The translations under genes were made by a program, and so were the position numbers. A stretch of 64,000 nt of DNA from Escherichia coli (lineage in GTDB: Bacteria > Pseudomonadota > Gammaproteobacteria > Enterobacterales > Enterobacteriaceae), in the NCBI RefSeq assembly GCF_044324875.1, contig NZ_CP172185.1; one strand, written 5' to 3'. Shown one piece after another: positions 10,550 to 22,493 of the stretch (positions within the stretch are counted from its first letter, which is position 1; each line of letters opens with the position of its first letter). Under the pieces are notes generated by a model that did no database searches, had not been told where the DNA came from, and saw only the letters and a list, made by a program, of their open reading frames with translations.

Positions 10550-11407
10550 ATGAAATCATCCACCACAATTATCACTGCATATTTTGACATTGGTAGAGGG
10601 GATTGGACTGCTAATAAAGGGTTCCGTGAAAAACTAGCTCGTTCAGTTGATGTTTATTTTAGTTACTTTGAGCGTCTGGCCGCACTTGAAAATGAGATGA
10701 TTATTTTCACTTCTCCCGATTTGAAATCAAGGGTTGAAGCGATTCGCAACGGAAAACCAACAACGGTTATCGTTATCGATATAAAAAAGAAATTTAGATA
10801 TATCAGAAGTCGTATCGAAAAAATTCAAAAAGATGAGTCGTTTACAAATAGACTTGAGCCTCGACAATTAAAAAACCCAGAGTACTGGTCACCAGAGTAT
10901 GTTTTGGTATGTAACCTTAAGGCCTATTTTGTAAATAAAGCTATCAACATGGGCTTAGTGAAAACGCCTCTTGTTGCGTGGATAGATTTTGGCTATTGCC
11001 GTAAGCCAAATGTAACTCGAGGATTGAAAATTTGGGATTTCCCATTTGATGAAAATAAGATGCATCTTTTCACTATAAAAAAAGGGCTTACTGTCACATC
11101 TCAACAACAGGCTTTTGATTTCATGATTGGCAATCATGTATATATTATTGGTGGCGCAATTGTTGGTTCACAGCATAAATGGAAAGAATTCTATAAATTA
11201 GTTCTGGAAAGTCAAAAAATAACCCTAAACAATAACATTGTGGACGATGACCAGGGCATCTTTGTCATGTGCTATTACAAACGTTCCGATCTCTTCAACC
11301 TAAACTATCTGGGGAGAGGAAAATGGTTCGATTTGTTTCGCTGCTTCAGGAGTAACACTTTAGGGGCAAAAATGCAGGCGCTGAGAATTTTCCTTTCAAG
11401 AAAATAG
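10550..11407 (+). CDS. htrL: HtrL/YibB family protein
   Basis: ORF trimmed to MKSSTTIITAYF (285 aa); divergent from hldD as in K-12. Confidence 0.8.
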   Translation: MKSSTTIITAYFDIGRGDWTANKGFREKLARSVDVYFSYFERLAALENEMIIFTSPDLKSRVEAIRNGKPTTVIVIDIKKKFRYIRSRIEKIQKDESFTNRLEPRQLKNPEYWSPEYVLVCNLKAYFVNKAINMGLVKTPLVAWIDFGYCRKPNVTRGLKIWDFPFDENKMHLFTIKKGLTVTSQQQAFDFMIGNHVYIIGGAIVGSQHKWKEFYKLVLESQKITLNNNIVDDDQGIFVMCYYKRSDLFNLNYLGRGKWFDLFRCFRSNTLGAKMQALRIFLSRK

Positions 11408-11452
11408 GTTTCCCTCCATTAGTGGGTAGCGTTTTGATGCCAACTGAGATAG

Positions 11453-11486
11453 GAAAAAATGATGCTTTGGCATCATTTTTTCTTTT
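11453..11486. terminator. Intrinsic terminator downstream of htrL
   Basis: Perfect stem atgatgc/gcatcat (11459-11476) flanked by A-run and T-run. Confidence 0.65.
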
Positions 11487-11682
11487 TATATCAATGCAGT
11501 AAAATCACTCATCATTATGCCCAGCCAAAACTGTACAGTTTTTCTACTATCTATAGGTGTTGAGAGACATCAAGATTCACGTTATTTATCCTGAATTTTG
11601 CAGAAGTGTTAACGCGTCATCTCGTCGCAACCTATAAGTTTGGGTAATATGTGCTGGAATTTGCCCTGTCTGGAGAATCGCA

Positions 11683-12879
11683 ATGCGTGGAGAATTTTAT
11701 CAGCAGTTAACCAACGATCTGGAAACCGCACGGGCGGAAGGGTTGTTTAAAGAAGAGCGCATTATTACGTCTGCGCAGCAAGCAGATATCACTGTGGCTG
11801 ATGGAAGCCACGTCATTAACTTTTGTGCCAATAACTATCTCGGACTGGCGAATCATCCGGATCTGATTGCGGCGGCAAAGGCGGGAATGGATTCTCACGG
11901 TTTCGGCATGGCTTCGGTGCGTTTTATTTGCGGCACTCAGGACAGCCATAAAGAGCTTGAACAAAAACTGGCGGCCTTCCTGGGGATGGAAGATGCGATT
12001 CTCTACTCTTCCTGCTTTGATGCTAACGGTGGCCTGTTTGAAACGCTGTTGGGCGCGGAAGACGCCATTATCTCCGACGCACTGAACCACGCGTCTATTA
12101 TTGATGGTGTGCGTCTGTGCAAAGCTAAACGCTATCGTTATGCCAACAACGATATGCAGGAGCTGGAAGCACGTCTGAAAGAAGCGCGTGAAGCCGGTGC
12201 GCGTCATGTGCTGATTGCCACCGATGGTGTGTTCTCGATGGACGGCGTGATTGCCAATCTGAAAGGCGTTTGCGATCTGGCAGATAAATATGATGCCCTG
12301 GTGATGGTAGATGACTCCCACGCGGTAGGTTTTGTCGGTGAAAACGGTCGTGGTTCCCATGAATACTGCGATGTGATGGGCCGGGTCGATATTATCACCG
12401 GCACGCTCGGTAAAGCGCTGGGCGGGGCTTCTGGTGGTTATACCGCGGCGCGCAAAGAAGTGGTTGAGTGGCTGCGCCAGCGTTCTCGTCCGTATCTGTT
12501 CTCCAACTCGCTGGCACCGGCCATTGTTGCCGCTTCCATCAAAGTGCTGGAGATGGTTGAAGCGGGTAGCGAGCTGCGTGACCGTCTCTGGGCGAACACG
12601 CGTCAGTTCCGTGAGCAAATGTCGGCGGCGGGCTTTACCCTAGCGGGAGCCGATCACGCCATTATTCCGGTCATGCTTGGTGATGCGGTAGTAGCGCAGA
12701 AATTTGCCCGTGAGCTGCAAAAAGAGGGCATTTACGTCACCGGTTTCTTCTATCCGGTCGTTCCGAAAGGTCAGGCGCGTATTCGTACCCAGATGTCTGC
12801 GGCGCATACCCCTGAGCAAATTACGCGTGCAGTAGAAGCATTCACGCGTATTGGTAAACAACTGGGCGTTATCGCCTGA
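11683..12879 (+). CDS. kbl: 2-amino-3-ketobutyrate CoA ligase (glycine C-acetyltransferase)
   Basis: 398-aa PLP-dependent enzyme, Kbl-like sequence. Confidence 0.93.
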   Translation: MRGEFYQQLTNDLETARAEGLFKEERIITSAQQADITVADGSHVINFCANNYLGLANHPDLIAAAKAGMDSHGFGMASVRFICGTQDSHKELEQKLAAFLGMEDAILYSSCFDANGGLFETLLGAEDAIISDALNHASIIDGVRLCKAKRYRYANNDMQELEARLKEAREAGARHVLIATDGVFSMDGVIANLKGVCDLADKYDALVMVDDSHAVGFVGENGRGSHEYCDVMGRVDIITGTLGKALGGASGGYTAARKEVVEWLRQRSRPYLFSNSLAPAIVAASIKVLEMVEAGSELRDRLWANTRQFREQMSAAGFTLAGADHAIIPVMLGDAVVAQKFARELQKEGIYVTGFFYPVVPKGQARIRTQMSAAHTPEQITRAVEAFTRIGKQLGVIA

Positions 12880-12888
12880 GGATGTGAG

Positions 12889-13914
12889 ATGAAAGCGTTA
12901 TCCAAACTGAAAGCGGAAGAGGGCATCTGGATGACCGACGTTCCTGTACCGGAACTCGGGCATAACGATCTGCTGATTAAAATCCGTAAAACAGCCATCT
13001 GCGGGACTGACGTTCACATCTATAACTGGGATGAGTGGTCGCAAAAAACCATCCCGGTGCCGATGGTCGTGGGCCATGAATATGTCGGTGAAGTGGTAGG
13101 TATTGGTCAGGAAGTGAAAGGCTTCAAGATTGGCGATCGCGTTTCTGGCGAAGGCCATATCACCTGCGGTCACTGTCGCAACTGTCGTGGCGGTCGTACC
13201 CATCTGTGCCGCAACACGATCGGCGTCGGCGTTAACCGTCCGGGCTGCTTCGCCGAGTATCTGGTGATTCCGGCGTTCAACGCTTTCAAAATCCCTGACA
13301 ATATCTCCGATGATCTGGCTTCCATTTTTGATCCCTTCGGTAACGCCGTGCATACCGCGCTGTCGTTTGATCTGGTGGGCGAGGATGTGCTGGTCTCTGG
13401 TGCAGGCCCGATTGGTATTATGGCGGCGGCGGTGGCGAAACACGTTGGTGCACGTAACGTGGTGATTACTGATGTTAACGAATACCGCCTTGAGTTGGCG
13501 CGTAAAATGGGTGTCACCCGTGCGGTTAACGTCGCTAAAGAGAACCTCAATGATGTGATGGCAGAACTGGGCATGACCGAAGGCTTTGATGTCGGTCTGG
13601 AAATGTCCGGTGCGCCGCCAGCGTTTCGTACCATGCTCGACACCATGAACCACGGCGGTCGTATTGCGATGCTGGGTATTCCACCATCTGATATGTCTAT
13701 CGACTGGACCAAAGTGATCTTTAAAGGCTTGTTCATTAAAGGTATTTACGGTCGTGAGATGTTTGAAACCTGGTACAAGATGGCGGCGCTGATTCAGTCT
13801 GGCCTCGATCTCTCGCCGATCATTACCCATCGTTTCTCTATCGATGATTTCCAGAAGGGCTTTGACGCCATGCGTTCGGGCCAGTCCGGGAAAGTTATCC
13901 TGAGCTGGGATTAA
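12889..13914 (+). CDS. tdh: L-threonine 3-dehydrogenase
   Basis: 341-aa zinc-ADH family protein, Tdh-like sequence. Confidence 0.93.
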   Translation: MKALSKLKAEEGIWMTDVPVPELGHNDLLIKIRKTAICGTDVHIYNWDEWSQKTIPVPMVVGHEYVGEVVGIGQEVKGFKIGDRVSGEGHITCGHCRNCRGGRTHLCRNTIGVGVNRPGCFAEYLVIPAFNAFKIPDNISDDLASIFDPFGNAVHTALSFDLVGEDVLVSGAGPIGIMAAAVAKHVGARNVVITDVNEYRLELARKMGVTRAVNVAKENLNDVMAELGMTEGFDVGLEMSGAPPAFRTMLDTMNHGGRIAMLGIPPSDMSIDWTKVIFKGLFIKGIYGREMFETWYKMAALIQSGLDLSPIITHRFSIDDFQKGFDAMRSGQSGKVILSWD

Positions 13915-13923
13915 CACAAACAA

Positions 13924-13946
13924 GGGCTGGTATTCCAGCCCTTTTT
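13924..13946 (+). terminator. Intrinsic terminator of the kbl-tdh operon
   Basis: Stem gggctgg/ccagccc followed by TTTTT. Confidence 0.75.
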
Positions 13947-14152
13947 CCTGAGGATAATCCGTTAAATATGTAAAATCCTGTCAGTGTAATAAAGAGTTCG
14001 TAATTGCGCTGATCTCTTATATAGCTGTTCTCATTATCTCTCTACCCTGAAGTGACTCTCTCACCTGTAAAAATAATATCTCACAGGCTTAATAGTTTCT
14101 TAATACCAAGCCTGTAAAACGTCAGGATAACTTCAGAGGTTGTCGGTAATTT

Positions 14153-15187
14153 ATGATGAACAGCACCAATAAACTTAGTGTTATTATCCCGTTATATAAT
14201 GCGGGTGATGATTTCCGCACTTGTATGGAATCTTTAATTACGCAAACCTGGACTGCTCTGGAAATCATTATTATTAACGATGGTTCAACGGATAATTCTG
14301 TTGAAATAGCAAAGCATTACGCAGAAAACTATCCGCACGTTCGTTTGTTGCATCAGGCGAATGCTGGCGCATCGGTGGCGCGTAATCGTGGGATCGAGGT
14401 GGCGACGGGCAAATATGTCGCTTTTGTCGATGCTGATGATGAGGTGTATCCCACCATGTACGAAACGCTGATGACCATGGCGTTAGAGGACGACCTCGAC
14501 GTGGCGCAGTGCAACGCTGACTGGTGTTTTCGTGAAACGGGAGAAACCTGGCAATCCATCCCCACCGATCGCCTTCGCTCAACCGGCGTATTAACCGGCC
14601 CGGATTGGTTGCGGATGGGGCTTTCTTCCCGCCGTTGGACTCACGTTGTCTGGATGGGGGTTTATCGCCGCGATGTTATTGTTAAAAATAACATTAAATT
14701 TATTGCCGGATTACATCATCAGGATATTGTCTGGACAACAGAATTTATGTTTAATGCGCTGCGTGCGCGATATACCGAGCAATCGTTATATAAATATTAT
14801 CTGCATAATACGTCAGTGAGTCGGTTGAATAGACAAGGGAATAAAAACCTTAATTATCAACGTCACTATATTAAGATTACCCGCCTGCTAGAGAAATTAA
14901 ATCGAAATTATGCCGACAAAATTACGATTTATCCGGAATTTCATCAGCAAATAACTTACGAAGCATTGCGTGTTTGCCATGCGGTGCGCAAAGAGCCGGA
15001 TATTATTACCCGCCAACGGATGATTGCCGAGATATTTACTTCCGGTATGTATAAGCGCCTGATTACCAATGTGCGCAGCGTGAAGGTGGGTTATCAGGCG
15101 TTACTGTGGTCTTTCCGCTTATGGCAATGGCGCGACAAAACGCGGTCGCACCATCGCATTACGCGTAGCGCCTTTAATTTGCGCTAG
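14153..15187 (+). CDS. waaH: LPS core glucuronic acid transferase (GT2), Pho-regulon member in K-12
   Basis: 344-aa GT2 protein MMNSTNKLSVIIPLYNAGDD matching WaaH/YibD. Confidence 0.88.
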   Translation: MMNSTNKLSVIIPLYNAGDDFRTCMESLITQTWTALEIIIINDGSTDNSVEIAKHYAENYPHVRLLHQANAGASVARNRGIEVATGKYVAFVDADDEVYPTMYETLMTMALEDDLDVAQCNADWCFRETGETWQSIPTDRLRSTGVLTGPDWLRMGLSSRRWTHVVWMGVYRRDVIVKNNIKFIAGLHHQDIVWTTEFMFNALRARYTEQSLYKYYLHNTSVSRLNRQGNKNLNYQRHYIKITRLLEKLNRNYADKITIYPEFHQQITYEALRVCHAVRKEPDIITRQRMIAEIFTSGMYKRLITNVRSVKVGYQALLWSFRLWQWRDKTRSHHRITRSAFNLR

Positions 15188-16133
15188 CGTTAAGTTTTGC
15201 CGCTTCAGGCTGTTTGCCCCAGCCTTGCCACTGATGCTGGAAGTAAACGATCAGCGTGCTCTGGCTGATGCTTTCGCTTAATACTTCAAAGAAGCGATTA
15301 GCATAAACAGGTTCTATCGGTTTCTTCGGTTTGCACAGCTTCACGCCACGGAACGGATTACGCGGTGTGTCAGGCACAGTGTTTTTCGGCGGTGTAGACG
15401 TATCAACCTGCGGTTCATTCAGCAAGCTGCTGGCTTTCACCAGCGTAATGTCTGGCGGCAGGTTATAAACCATCTGTTGTAGCACGCGTACCGTTGAAGG
15501 GTGAGGATGCCCAATGGCAATGGTTGAACCGTTGCGACGCGCCAGATCAATTGCGCGATTGAACTGCACACGGATGTCCGCTTCATTTTGCGAATCGTCG
15601 AGGAACACTTTCCGTTTGATCACCTTCACGCCAGTGCCTTGCGCTGCGCGCATCGCCTGGGTATTACCGATGGTTACGCTGTCGAGGAAGTAAAGATTGT
15701 AACGCTCCAGCGCCTGCATCACTTTCTGCATACCAAACAGGTTAGAGGTCATCTTGCTGCCCATGTGGTTGTTGATCCCCACGGCATAGGGCACGTTATT
15801 GACCGCACTACGAATAATGCGCTCAATTTCGTCGCTGCTCATCTCCGGGCGTAGCGTATTTTTCTCCAGCGGCTGTTTACTCAGTGGTGCCATCGGTAGA
15901 TGAATCAACACTTCGTGACCGCTGTTATGCGCTTTGGTCGCCATCTCTCTGGCGTGCGGTGAATCGGGTAATACAGCGACGGAGATAGCGGAAGGCATCG
16001 CCAGCACCTGGTTTTCGTTGTGCGGGCGATACCCAAAATCATCAATGACGATGGCAAGTTTGCCAGCAATTACGGGGGAGGAGAGCGCCAACAGAGCGGC
16101 AAATGCAAGAACGTTACGACGAAATGGAAACAA
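15174..16133 (-). CDS. yibQ: Divergent polysaccharide deacetylase family protein
   Basis: 319-aa ORF with signal peptide, YibQ-like. Confidence 0.85.
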   Translation of the reverse strand: MFPFRRNVLAFAALLALSSPVIAGKLAIVIDDFGYRPHNENQVLAMPSAISVAVLPDSPHAREMATKAHNSGHEVLIHLPMAPLSKQPLEKNTLRPEMSSDEIERIIRSAVNNVPYAVGINNHMGSKMTSNLFGMQKVMQALERYNLYFLDSVTIGNTQAMRAAQGTGVKVIKRKVFLDDSQNEADIRVQFNRAIDLARRNGSTIAIGHPHPSTVRVLQQMVYNLPPDITLVKASSLLNEPQVDTSTPPKNTVPDTPRNPFRGVKLCKPKKPIEPVYANRFFEVLSESISQSTLIVYFQHQWQGWGKQPEAAKLNASAN

Positions 16134-16136
16134 AAC

Positions 16137-17396
16137 TTATCTTCCCAACCACGGCTGTGGATTGACCGCCTGACCCTGGCGGCGAATTTCGAAATAGAGT
16201 GAAGGCCGACCCTGACCGCCACTGCTGCCCACCAGTGCAATCGGCTGGCCCGCGCGAACCTGCGAACCAACGCTCACCAGTGCGCTCTGATTATAGCCGT
16301 AAAGACTCATGTCGCCTTTACCATGCTCAACCACCACCACCAGACCGTAGCCTTGCAGCCAGTCAGCCAGAATCACCCGACCGTCGGCAATGGCTTTAAC
16401 TTCAGTACCTTCAGAGGCACCGATAACCATTCCTTTCCAGCGTAATTCACCCTGTAGCTGCTCGCCATAGCGATGTAGCGTCGGCCCGCGAACCGGCCAG
16501 AATGCCTGACCACGCGGCGCGCCCAGGCCACCAGTTCGGGACATCAGCGATTTTTCGCTTTCGGTCGGTTTGTAGGTGGTGCCTTTGCGCGTCGCTTCTT
16601 TCTGGCGGTCGCGAACCGCCTGGGCCTCACGCGCTTCTCGTTCAGCACGCGCTTTCGCCGCGGCTTCCGCACGGGCAATGCTGTTACGCAGACGGGATTC
16701 GTTGGCACGCAGTTCACTTAGCTGCTGCTGACCTTGCTGGATGGAAGATTCCAGCCCCGCCAGCGTCTTTTTACGCTCGTTCAGCGCCTGGGTCAGCTTC
16801 GCCTGTTGGGCGCGCTGTTCATATAACAGCGTTTGTTGCTCGCTCTGTTTCTCTTCCAGTTCAGCACGCTGCATGGCGACTTCTTCACGCGTTTGCTTCA
16901 ACTGGGCAATGGTTTCTTGTCGCGCCTGGTTGAGATAGCCGAAATAAGCCTGTAAACGCTGTCCACGCTGGCTTTCTTCACCGCTGAGAATCAGCTGAAT
17001 ACCGGTATGCTCGCCCTGACGGAATGCGGCATCCAGTTGTGCGGCGAGGCTGCGCTCCTGGGCGGCTTTTTGCTGCTCCAGTTTGGCAATCGACGCGTTC
17101 ATCTCATCAATCTGTTTATTCAGTTGATTGAGAGTGTTTTGCGTTTCGCGCAGCTTACGGGTGGCTTCCGAGATCGCTTCTTCCTGCTTTTTCAACTGAG
17201 CAAGCAGGCTGGAGCGTTGTTGTTGCTTTTGGCGTACCGCGCGCTCTTTCGCGGCGATATCGGCCTGAATAGATTTGAGTTGGTCACGCTCATCCGCGTG
17301 GGCGGAAAAGGCGCACAACAATACGCCAGCGCTAAGAACGCTGGCGTAGATGATGGGCCTGATTGTAAACCTGCGCGGTTTCACGGCCCGTGTCAT
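16137..17396 (-). CDS. envC: Murein hydrolase activator EnvC (coiled-coil plus LytM domain)
   Basis: ORF track gives 427 aa; trimmed to MTRAVKP for 419 aa; Q/E-rich coiled coil and C-terminal LytM-like region. Confidence 0.88.
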   Translation of the reverse strand: MTRAVKPRRFTIRPIIYASVLSAGVLLCAFSAHADERDQLKSIQADIAAKERAVRQKQQQRSSLLAQLKKQEEAISEATRKLRETQNTLNQLNKQIDEMNASIAKLEQQKAAQERSLAAQLDAAFRQGEHTGIQLILSGEESQRGQRLQAYFGYLNQARQETIAQLKQTREEVAMQRAELEEKQSEQQTLLYEQRAQQAKLTQALNERKKTLAGLESSIQQGQQQLSELRANESRLRNSIARAEAAAKARAEREAREAQAVRDRQKEATRKGTTYKPTESEKSLMSRTGGLGAPRGQAFWPVRGPTLHRYGEQLQGELRWKGMVIGASEGTEVKAIADGRVILADWLQGYGLVVVVEHGKGDMSLYGYNQSALVSVGSQVRAGQPIALVGSSGGQGRPSLYFEIRRQGQAVNPQPWLGR

Positions 17397-17429
17397 GGTA
17401 TTAATCGCCTTTCCCCTCATGGGGAGGGA

Positions 17430-18974
17430 TTATTCCACGATGAACAGCGGCTTACCAGTCATCTCTTGCGGGATTTCCATACCCATCAGCGACAACATGG
17501 TCGGCGCGATGTCAGAAAGTTTGCCGCCTTCAACCGCTTTCACGTTCTTATCACCAACGTAAATCAGCGGAACTGGCAGGTTGGTGTGTGCCGTGTGTGC
17601 CTGACCCGTTGCCGGATCGCGCATCTGTTCAGCGTTACCGTGGTCAGCGGTGATCAGCAGTTGTCCACCCACGGACTCAACCGCTTTCGCGACTTCTTCC
17701 ACGCAGTGATCCAGCGCTTCAACCGCTTTAACCGCCGCTTCCATCACCCCGGTGTGACCTACCATGTCGCCGTTCGGATAGTTACAGATAATGGTGTCGT
17801 ATTTGCCGCTCTTGATTGCCGCAACCAGTTTTTCGGTCAGCTCTGCGGAGCTCATTTCCGGTTGCAGATCGTAGGTAGCCACTTTCGGTGAGTTGATCAG
17901 AATGCGATCTTCGCCTTTGAACGACTCTTCTACGCCACCGTTGAAGAAGAAAGTAACGTGGGCATATTTTTCGGTTTCGGAAATACGCAACTGAGTTTTG
18001 TCGTTTTTCGCCATCCACTCGCCGAAGGTGTTAACCAGGGACGCTGGTGGGTAAGCAACCGCAGTTTTGATGTCAGCGGCGTATTCGGTCAGCATCACGA
18101 AATCGACGTTAACCACTTTCTTGCGCGCGAAGCCATCGAAATCAGCGTTCACGAATGCACGAGTGATTTCACGCGCGCGGTCAGCACGGAAGTTCATGAA
18201 AATCAGCGCATCGCCGTCTTCCATTGCCGCGTCTGGCTGACCTTCTGCACGAATAACGGTCGCTTTCACGAATTCGTCGTTTTCGTCGCGAGCATAAGCA
18301 GCCTGCAAACCAGCAACGGCGGTATCGGCCTGGAACTCACCCTGCGCCAGAGTCAGCAGGTCATAAGCTTTTTCAACGCGATCCCAGCGGTTATCGCGGT
18401 CCATGGCGTAGTAACGACCAATGATGGACGCTACGCGGCCTTTACCCAGCGCGGCAAATTTCTCTTCGAATTTTTTCAGCGAGGATTCAGCACTGCGCGG
18501 CGGAGTGTCGCGACCGTCAAGGAATGCGTGCAGGTAGATTTTTTCTGCGCCGCGTTCAGCGGCCAGTTCTACCATCGCCATGATGTGATCTTCGTGGCTG
18601 TGTACGCCGCCTGCGGAGAGCAGACCCATAATGTGAACTGCTTTGCCTGCGTTTTTCGCTTTATCTACCGCGCCAGTCAGTACCGGGTTAGCGAAGAAAG
18701 CGCGATCTTTGATTTCAACGTCCAGACGAGTCAGGTCCTGATACACGATGCGGCCGGCACCCAGGTTAACGTGACCTACTTCGGAGTTACCCATCTGACG
18801 GTCAGGCAGACCGACTTCCAGACCGGAAGCGTCGATCAGGGTATGCGGACGATTGGCCCACAGTGCATCCATTACCGGGGTTTTAGCACTAAAAATGGCG
18901 TTATCCTGCTGTTCTTCACGATAGCCATAGCCATCCAGAATCACCAGTACCATAGGTTTTTTAGAAACCGACAT
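17430..18974 (-). CDS. gpmM: 2,3-bisphosphoglycerate-independent phosphoglycerate mutase
   Basis: ORF track 5'-overextended; true start [18 protein letters not shown] gives 514 aa. Confidence 0.93.
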   Translation of the reverse strand: MSVSKKPMVLVILDGYGYREEQQDNAIFSAKTPVMDALWANRPHTLIDASGLEVGLPDRQMGNSEVGHVNLGAGRIVYQDLTRLDVEIKDRAFFANPVLTGAVDKAKNAGKAVHIMGLLSAGGVHSHEDHIMAMVELAAERGAEKIYLHAFLDGRDTPPRSAESSLKKFEEKFAALGKGRVASIIGRYYAMDRDNRWDRVEKAYDLLTLAQGEFQADTAVAGLQAAYARDENDEFVKATVIRAEGQPDAAMEDGDALIFMNFRADRAREITRAFVNADFDGFARKKVVNVDFVMLTEYAADIKTAVAYPPASLVNTFGEWMAKNDKTQLRISETEKYAHVTFFFNGGVEESFKGEDRILINSPKVATYDLQPEMSSAELTEKLVAAIKSGKYDTIICNYPNGDMVGHTGVMEAAVKAVEALDHCVEEVAKAVESVGGQLLITADHGNAEQMRDPATGQAHTAHTNLPVPLIYVGDKNVKAVEGGKLSDIAPTMLSLMGMEIPQEMTGKPLFIVE

Positions 18975-19218
18975 TGCGACAACCTCATACTCAAGAGTCA
19001 AAATTTGCGTAATTTTACTACAGCTGAATCGATAAAATAGCCTCTGAAGATCAAAATATACGACCGCTCGCAGCAAGCCGATGCCAGATTTGCGCTTTTT
19101 TTTCGTCGCGCCCCGCAAAATTGCATTCCAGTTAACGCGCTGGCTGTATTTGCCGCACCGCGCAGGTATACTCCTTTCCTGGTTTTTTTAATCACTACGT
19201 CGGGAGTTGTTACCCCCC

Positions 19219-19650
19219 ATGCAAGAAATTATGCAATTTGTTGGCCGTCATCCCATACTGAGTATCGCCTGGATCGCGTTACTGGTGGCGGTTCTTGTGA
19301 CTACGTTTAAGAGCCTGACCTCGAAAGTGAAGGTGATTACTCGTGGTGAAGCTACGCGTCTGATCAACAAAGAAGATGCTGTGGTTGTGGATTTACGTCA
19401 GCGTGATGACTTCCGTAAAGGCCATATCGCAGGTTCTATCAACCTGTTGCCGAGCGAAATCAAAGCCAACAATGTTGGTGAGCTTGAGAAGCACAAAGAC
19501 AAACCGGTTATCGTGGTAGACGGTTCTGGCATGCAGTGCCAGGAGCCTGCAAACGCGCTGACGAAAGCTGGTTTTGCGCAAGTATTCGTGCTGAAAGAGG
19601 GCGTTGTTGGCTGGGCTGGCGAAAACTTACCTCTGGTGCGCGGCAAATAA
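19219..19650 (+). CDS. yibN: Rhodanese-domain inner-membrane protein
   Basis: 143 aa from MQEIMQ; single TM segment plus rhodanese fold. Confidence 0.85.
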   Translation: MQEIMQFVGRHPILSIAWIALLVAVLVTTFKSLTSKVKVITRGEATRLINKEDAVVVDLRQRDDFRKGHIAGSINLLPSEIKANNVGELEKHKDKPVIVVDGSGMQCQEPANALTKAGFAQVFVLKEGVVGWAGENLPLVRGK

Positions 19651-19791
19651 TTTACCTGTCGTCTTTCATGATGCAGGCCGTTAGCTGCAATTAGGCCCCC
19701 AGCGACTTATTGTTATAAGCTTCTGGGGACACTCCATTTTGCAGCCGCCCTGCAACAAGAAATTTCAGGGTAAAAAAACAGGAGCTAAGTT

Positions 19792-20043
19792 ATGGCCAAT
19801 GTTGAAATCTATACCAAAGAAACCTGCCCGTATTGCCATCGTGCGAAAGCACTGCTGAGCAGCAAGGGCGTGAGTTTTCAGGAGTTGCCGATCGATGGCA
19901 ACGCCGCTAAGCGTGAAGAGATGATCAAACGCAGCGGTCGCACCACGGTTCCCCAGATTTTTATTGACGCACAGCACATTGGCGGCTGTGATGACTTGTA
20001 TGCATTGGATGCACGTGGTGGACTGGATCCCCTGCTGAAATAA
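19792..20043 (+). CDS. grxC: Glutaredoxin 3
   Basis: 83 aa with CPYC active-site motif. Confidence 0.93.
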
Positions 20044-20105
20044 CGTGTGAACGTTGGCATTACATTGCGCAGTATTTAAGGACAACACTTAAGGGTTTTC
20101 TACAC

Positions 20106-20573
20106 ATGTCAGAACAAAACAACACCGAAATGACTTTCCAGATCCAACGTATTTATACCAAGGATATTTCTTTCGAAGCGCCGAACGCGCCGCACGTTTT
20201 CCAGAAAGATTGGCAGCCAGAAGTTAAACTTGATCTGGATACGGCATCTTCTCAACTGGCAGATGACGTTTACGAAGTGGTACTGCGTGTTACCGTAACG
20301 GCCTCCCTGGGCGAAGAAACCGCGTTCCTGTGTGAAGTTCAGCAGGGCGGTATTTTCTCCATCGCGGGTATCGAAGGCACCCAGATGGCACATTGCCTGG
20401 GTGCATACTGCCCGAACATTCTGTTCCCGTATGCTCGTGAGTGCATCACCAGCATGGTATCCCGCGGTACATTCCCGCAACTGAACCTTGCGCCGGTTAA
20501 CTTCGATGCGCTGTTCATGAACTATTTGCAGCAGCAGGCTGGCGAAGGTACTGAAGAACATCAGGATGCCTGA
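20106..20573 (+). CDS. secB: Protein-export chaperone SecB
   Basis: 155-aa sequence matching SecB. Confidence 0.95.
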
Positions 20574-21592
20574 TGAACCAACGTAATGCTTCAATGACTG
20601 TGATCGGTGCCGGCTCGTACGGCACCGCTCTTGCCATCACCCTGGCAAGAAATGGCCACGAGGTTGTCCTCTGGGGCCATGACCCTGAACATATCGCAAC
20701 GCTTGAACGCGACCGCTGTAACGCCGCGTTTCTCCCCGATGTGCCTTTTCCCGATACGCTCCATCTTGAAAGCGATCTCGCCACTGCGCTGGCAGCCAGC
20801 CGTAATATTCTCGTCGTCGTACCCAGCCATGTCTTTGGTGAAGTGCTGCGTCAGATTAAACCGCTGATGCGTCCTGATGCGCGTCTGGTGTGGGCGACCA
20901 AAGGGCTGGAAGCGGAAACCGGGCGTCTGTTGCAGGACGTGGCGCGTGAGGCGTTAGGCGATCAAATTCCGCTGGCGGTTATCTCTGGCCCAACGTTTGC
21001 GAAAGAACTGGCAGCAGGTTTACCGACGGCTATTTCGCTGGCCTCTACCGACCAGACCTTTGCTGATGATCTCCAGCAGCTGCTGCACTGCGGCAAAAGT
21101 TTCCGCGTTTACAGCAATCCGGATTTCATCGGTGTGCAGCTTGGCGGCGCGGTGAAAAACGTCATTGCCATTGGCGCGGGAATGTCCGACGGTATCGGTT
21201 TTGGTGCGAATGCGCGTACGGCGCTGATCACTCGTGGGCTGGCTGAGATGTCGCGTCTTGGCGCGGCGCTGGGTGCCGATCCTGCCACCTTTATGGGCAT
21301 GGCGGGGCTGGGCGATCTGGTGCTTACCTGTACCGACAACCAGTCGCGTAACCGCCGTTTTGGCATGATGCTCGGTCAGGGCATGGATGTACAAAGCGCG
21401 CAGGAGAAGATTGGTCAGGTGGTGGAAGGCTACCGCAATACGAAAGAAGTCCGCGAACTGGCGCATCGCTTCGGCGTTGAAATGCCAATAACCGAGGAAA
21501 TTTATCAAGTATTATATTGCGGAAAAAACGCGCACGAGGCAGCATTGACGTTATTAGGGCGTGCACGCAAGGACGAGCGCAGTAGCCACTAA
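20573..21592 (+). CDS. gpsA: NAD(P)H-dependent glycerol-3-phosphate dehydrogenase
   Basis: 339 aa with [10 protein letters not shown] Rossmann motif. Confidence 0.95.
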   Translation: MNQRNASMTVIGAGSYGTALAITLARNGHEVVLWGHDPEHIATLERDRCNAAFLPDVPFPDTLHLESDLATALAASRNILVVVPSHVFGEVLRQIKPLMRPDARLVWATKGLEAETGRLLQDVAREALGDQIPLAVISGPTFAKELAAGLPTAISLASTDQTFADDLQQLLHCGKSFRVYSNPDFIGVQLGGAVKNVIAIGAGMSDGIGFGANARTALITRGLAEMSRLGAALGADPATFMGMAGLGDLVLTCTDNQSRNRRFGMMLGQGMDVQSAQEKIGQVVEGYRNTKEVRELAHRFGVEMPITEEIYQVLYCGKNAHEAALTLLGRARKDERSSH

Positions 21593-21621
21593 ACCCAGGG
21601 AACCTTTGTTACCGCTATGAC

Positions 21622-21644
21622 CCGGCCCGCGCAGAACGGGCCGG
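21622..21644 (+). terminator. GC-rich hairpin between gpsA and cysE (possible partial terminator or attenuator)
   Basis: 8-bp perfect stem ccggcccg/cgggccgg with 7-nt loop; only a weak T tract follows. Confidence 0.4.
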
Positions 21645-21671
21645 TCATTATCTCATCGTGTGGAGTAAGCA

Positions 21672-22493
21672 ATGTCGTGTGAAGAACTGGAAATTGTCTG
21701 GAACAATATTAAAGCCGAAGCCAGAACGCTGGCGGATTGTGAGCCAATGCTGGCCAGTTTTTACCACGCGACGCTACTCAAGCACGAAAACCTGGGCAGT
21801 GCACTGAGCTACATGCTGGCGAACAAGCTGTCATCGCCAATTATGCCTGCCATTGCTATCCGCGAAGTGGTGGAAGAGGCCTACGCCGCCGACCCGGAAA
21901 TGATCGCTTCTGCGGCCTGTGATATTCAGGCAGTGCGTACCCGCGACCCGGCGGTGGATAAATACTCGACTCCATTGTTATATCTGAAAGGTTTTCATGC
22001 CTTGCAGGCCTATCGTATCGGTCACTGGCTGTGGAATCAGGGCCGCCGCGCACTGGCAATATTTCTGCAAAACCAGGTTTCTGTAACGTTCCAGGTTGAT
22101 ATTCACCCGGCAGCAAAAATTGGCCGCGGTATCATGCTTGACCACGCCACGGGCATCGTTGTGGGTGAAACGGCGGTGATTGAAAACGACGTATCGATTC
22201 TGCAATCTGTGACGCTTGGCGGTACGGGTAAATCTGGTGGCGACCGTCATCCGAAAATTCGTGAAGGTGTGATGATTGGCGCGGGCGCGAAAATCCTCGG
22301 CAATATTGAAGTTGGGCGCGGCGCGAAGATTGGCGCAGGTTCCGTGGTGCTGCAACCGGTGCCGCCGCATACCACCGCCGCTGGCGTTCCGGCACGCATT
22401 GTCGGCAAGCCGGATAGCGATAAACCGTCAATGGATATGGATCAGCATTTCAACGGTATTAACCATACGTTTGAATATGGGGATGGGATCTGA
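21672..22493 (+). CDS. cysE: Serine O-acetyltransferase
   Basis: 273-aa hexapeptide-repeat acyltransferase matching CysE. Confidence 0.95.
   Translation: MSCEELEIVWNNIKAEARTLADCEPMLASFYHATLLKHENLGSALSYMLANKLSSPIMPAIAIREVVEEAYAADPEMIASAACDIQAVRTRDPAVDKYSTPLLYLKGFHALQAYRIGHWLWNQGRRALAIFLQNQVSVTFQVDIHPAAKIGRGIMLDHATGIVVGETAVIENDVSILQSVTLGGTGKSGGDRHPKIREGVMIGAGAKILGNIEVGRGAKIGAGSVVLQPVPPHTTAAGVPARIVGKPDSDKPSMDMDQHFNGINHTFEYGDGI

Noticed and set aside
12898-13923. 341-aa minus-strand ORF exactly mirroring tdh, and a 303-aa one mirroring kbl (11707-12618)
   Set aside because: Shadow ORFs antisense to well-supported genes; no independent signals.
17007-19040. 294-aa and 360-aa plus-strand ORFs
   Set aside because: Antisense to envC and gpmM; envC and gpmM match well-known proteins on the minus strand.
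17430-19118. N-terminal extensions in the ORF track for gpmM, and likewise envC, mtlD, aldB, yiaN, sgbU, lldR/lldP, waaP, htrL, yibN, yiaW
   Set aside because: Each ORF in the track runs to the most upstream start; known protein lengths and internal Met positions indicate shorter genes, so I trimmed them.
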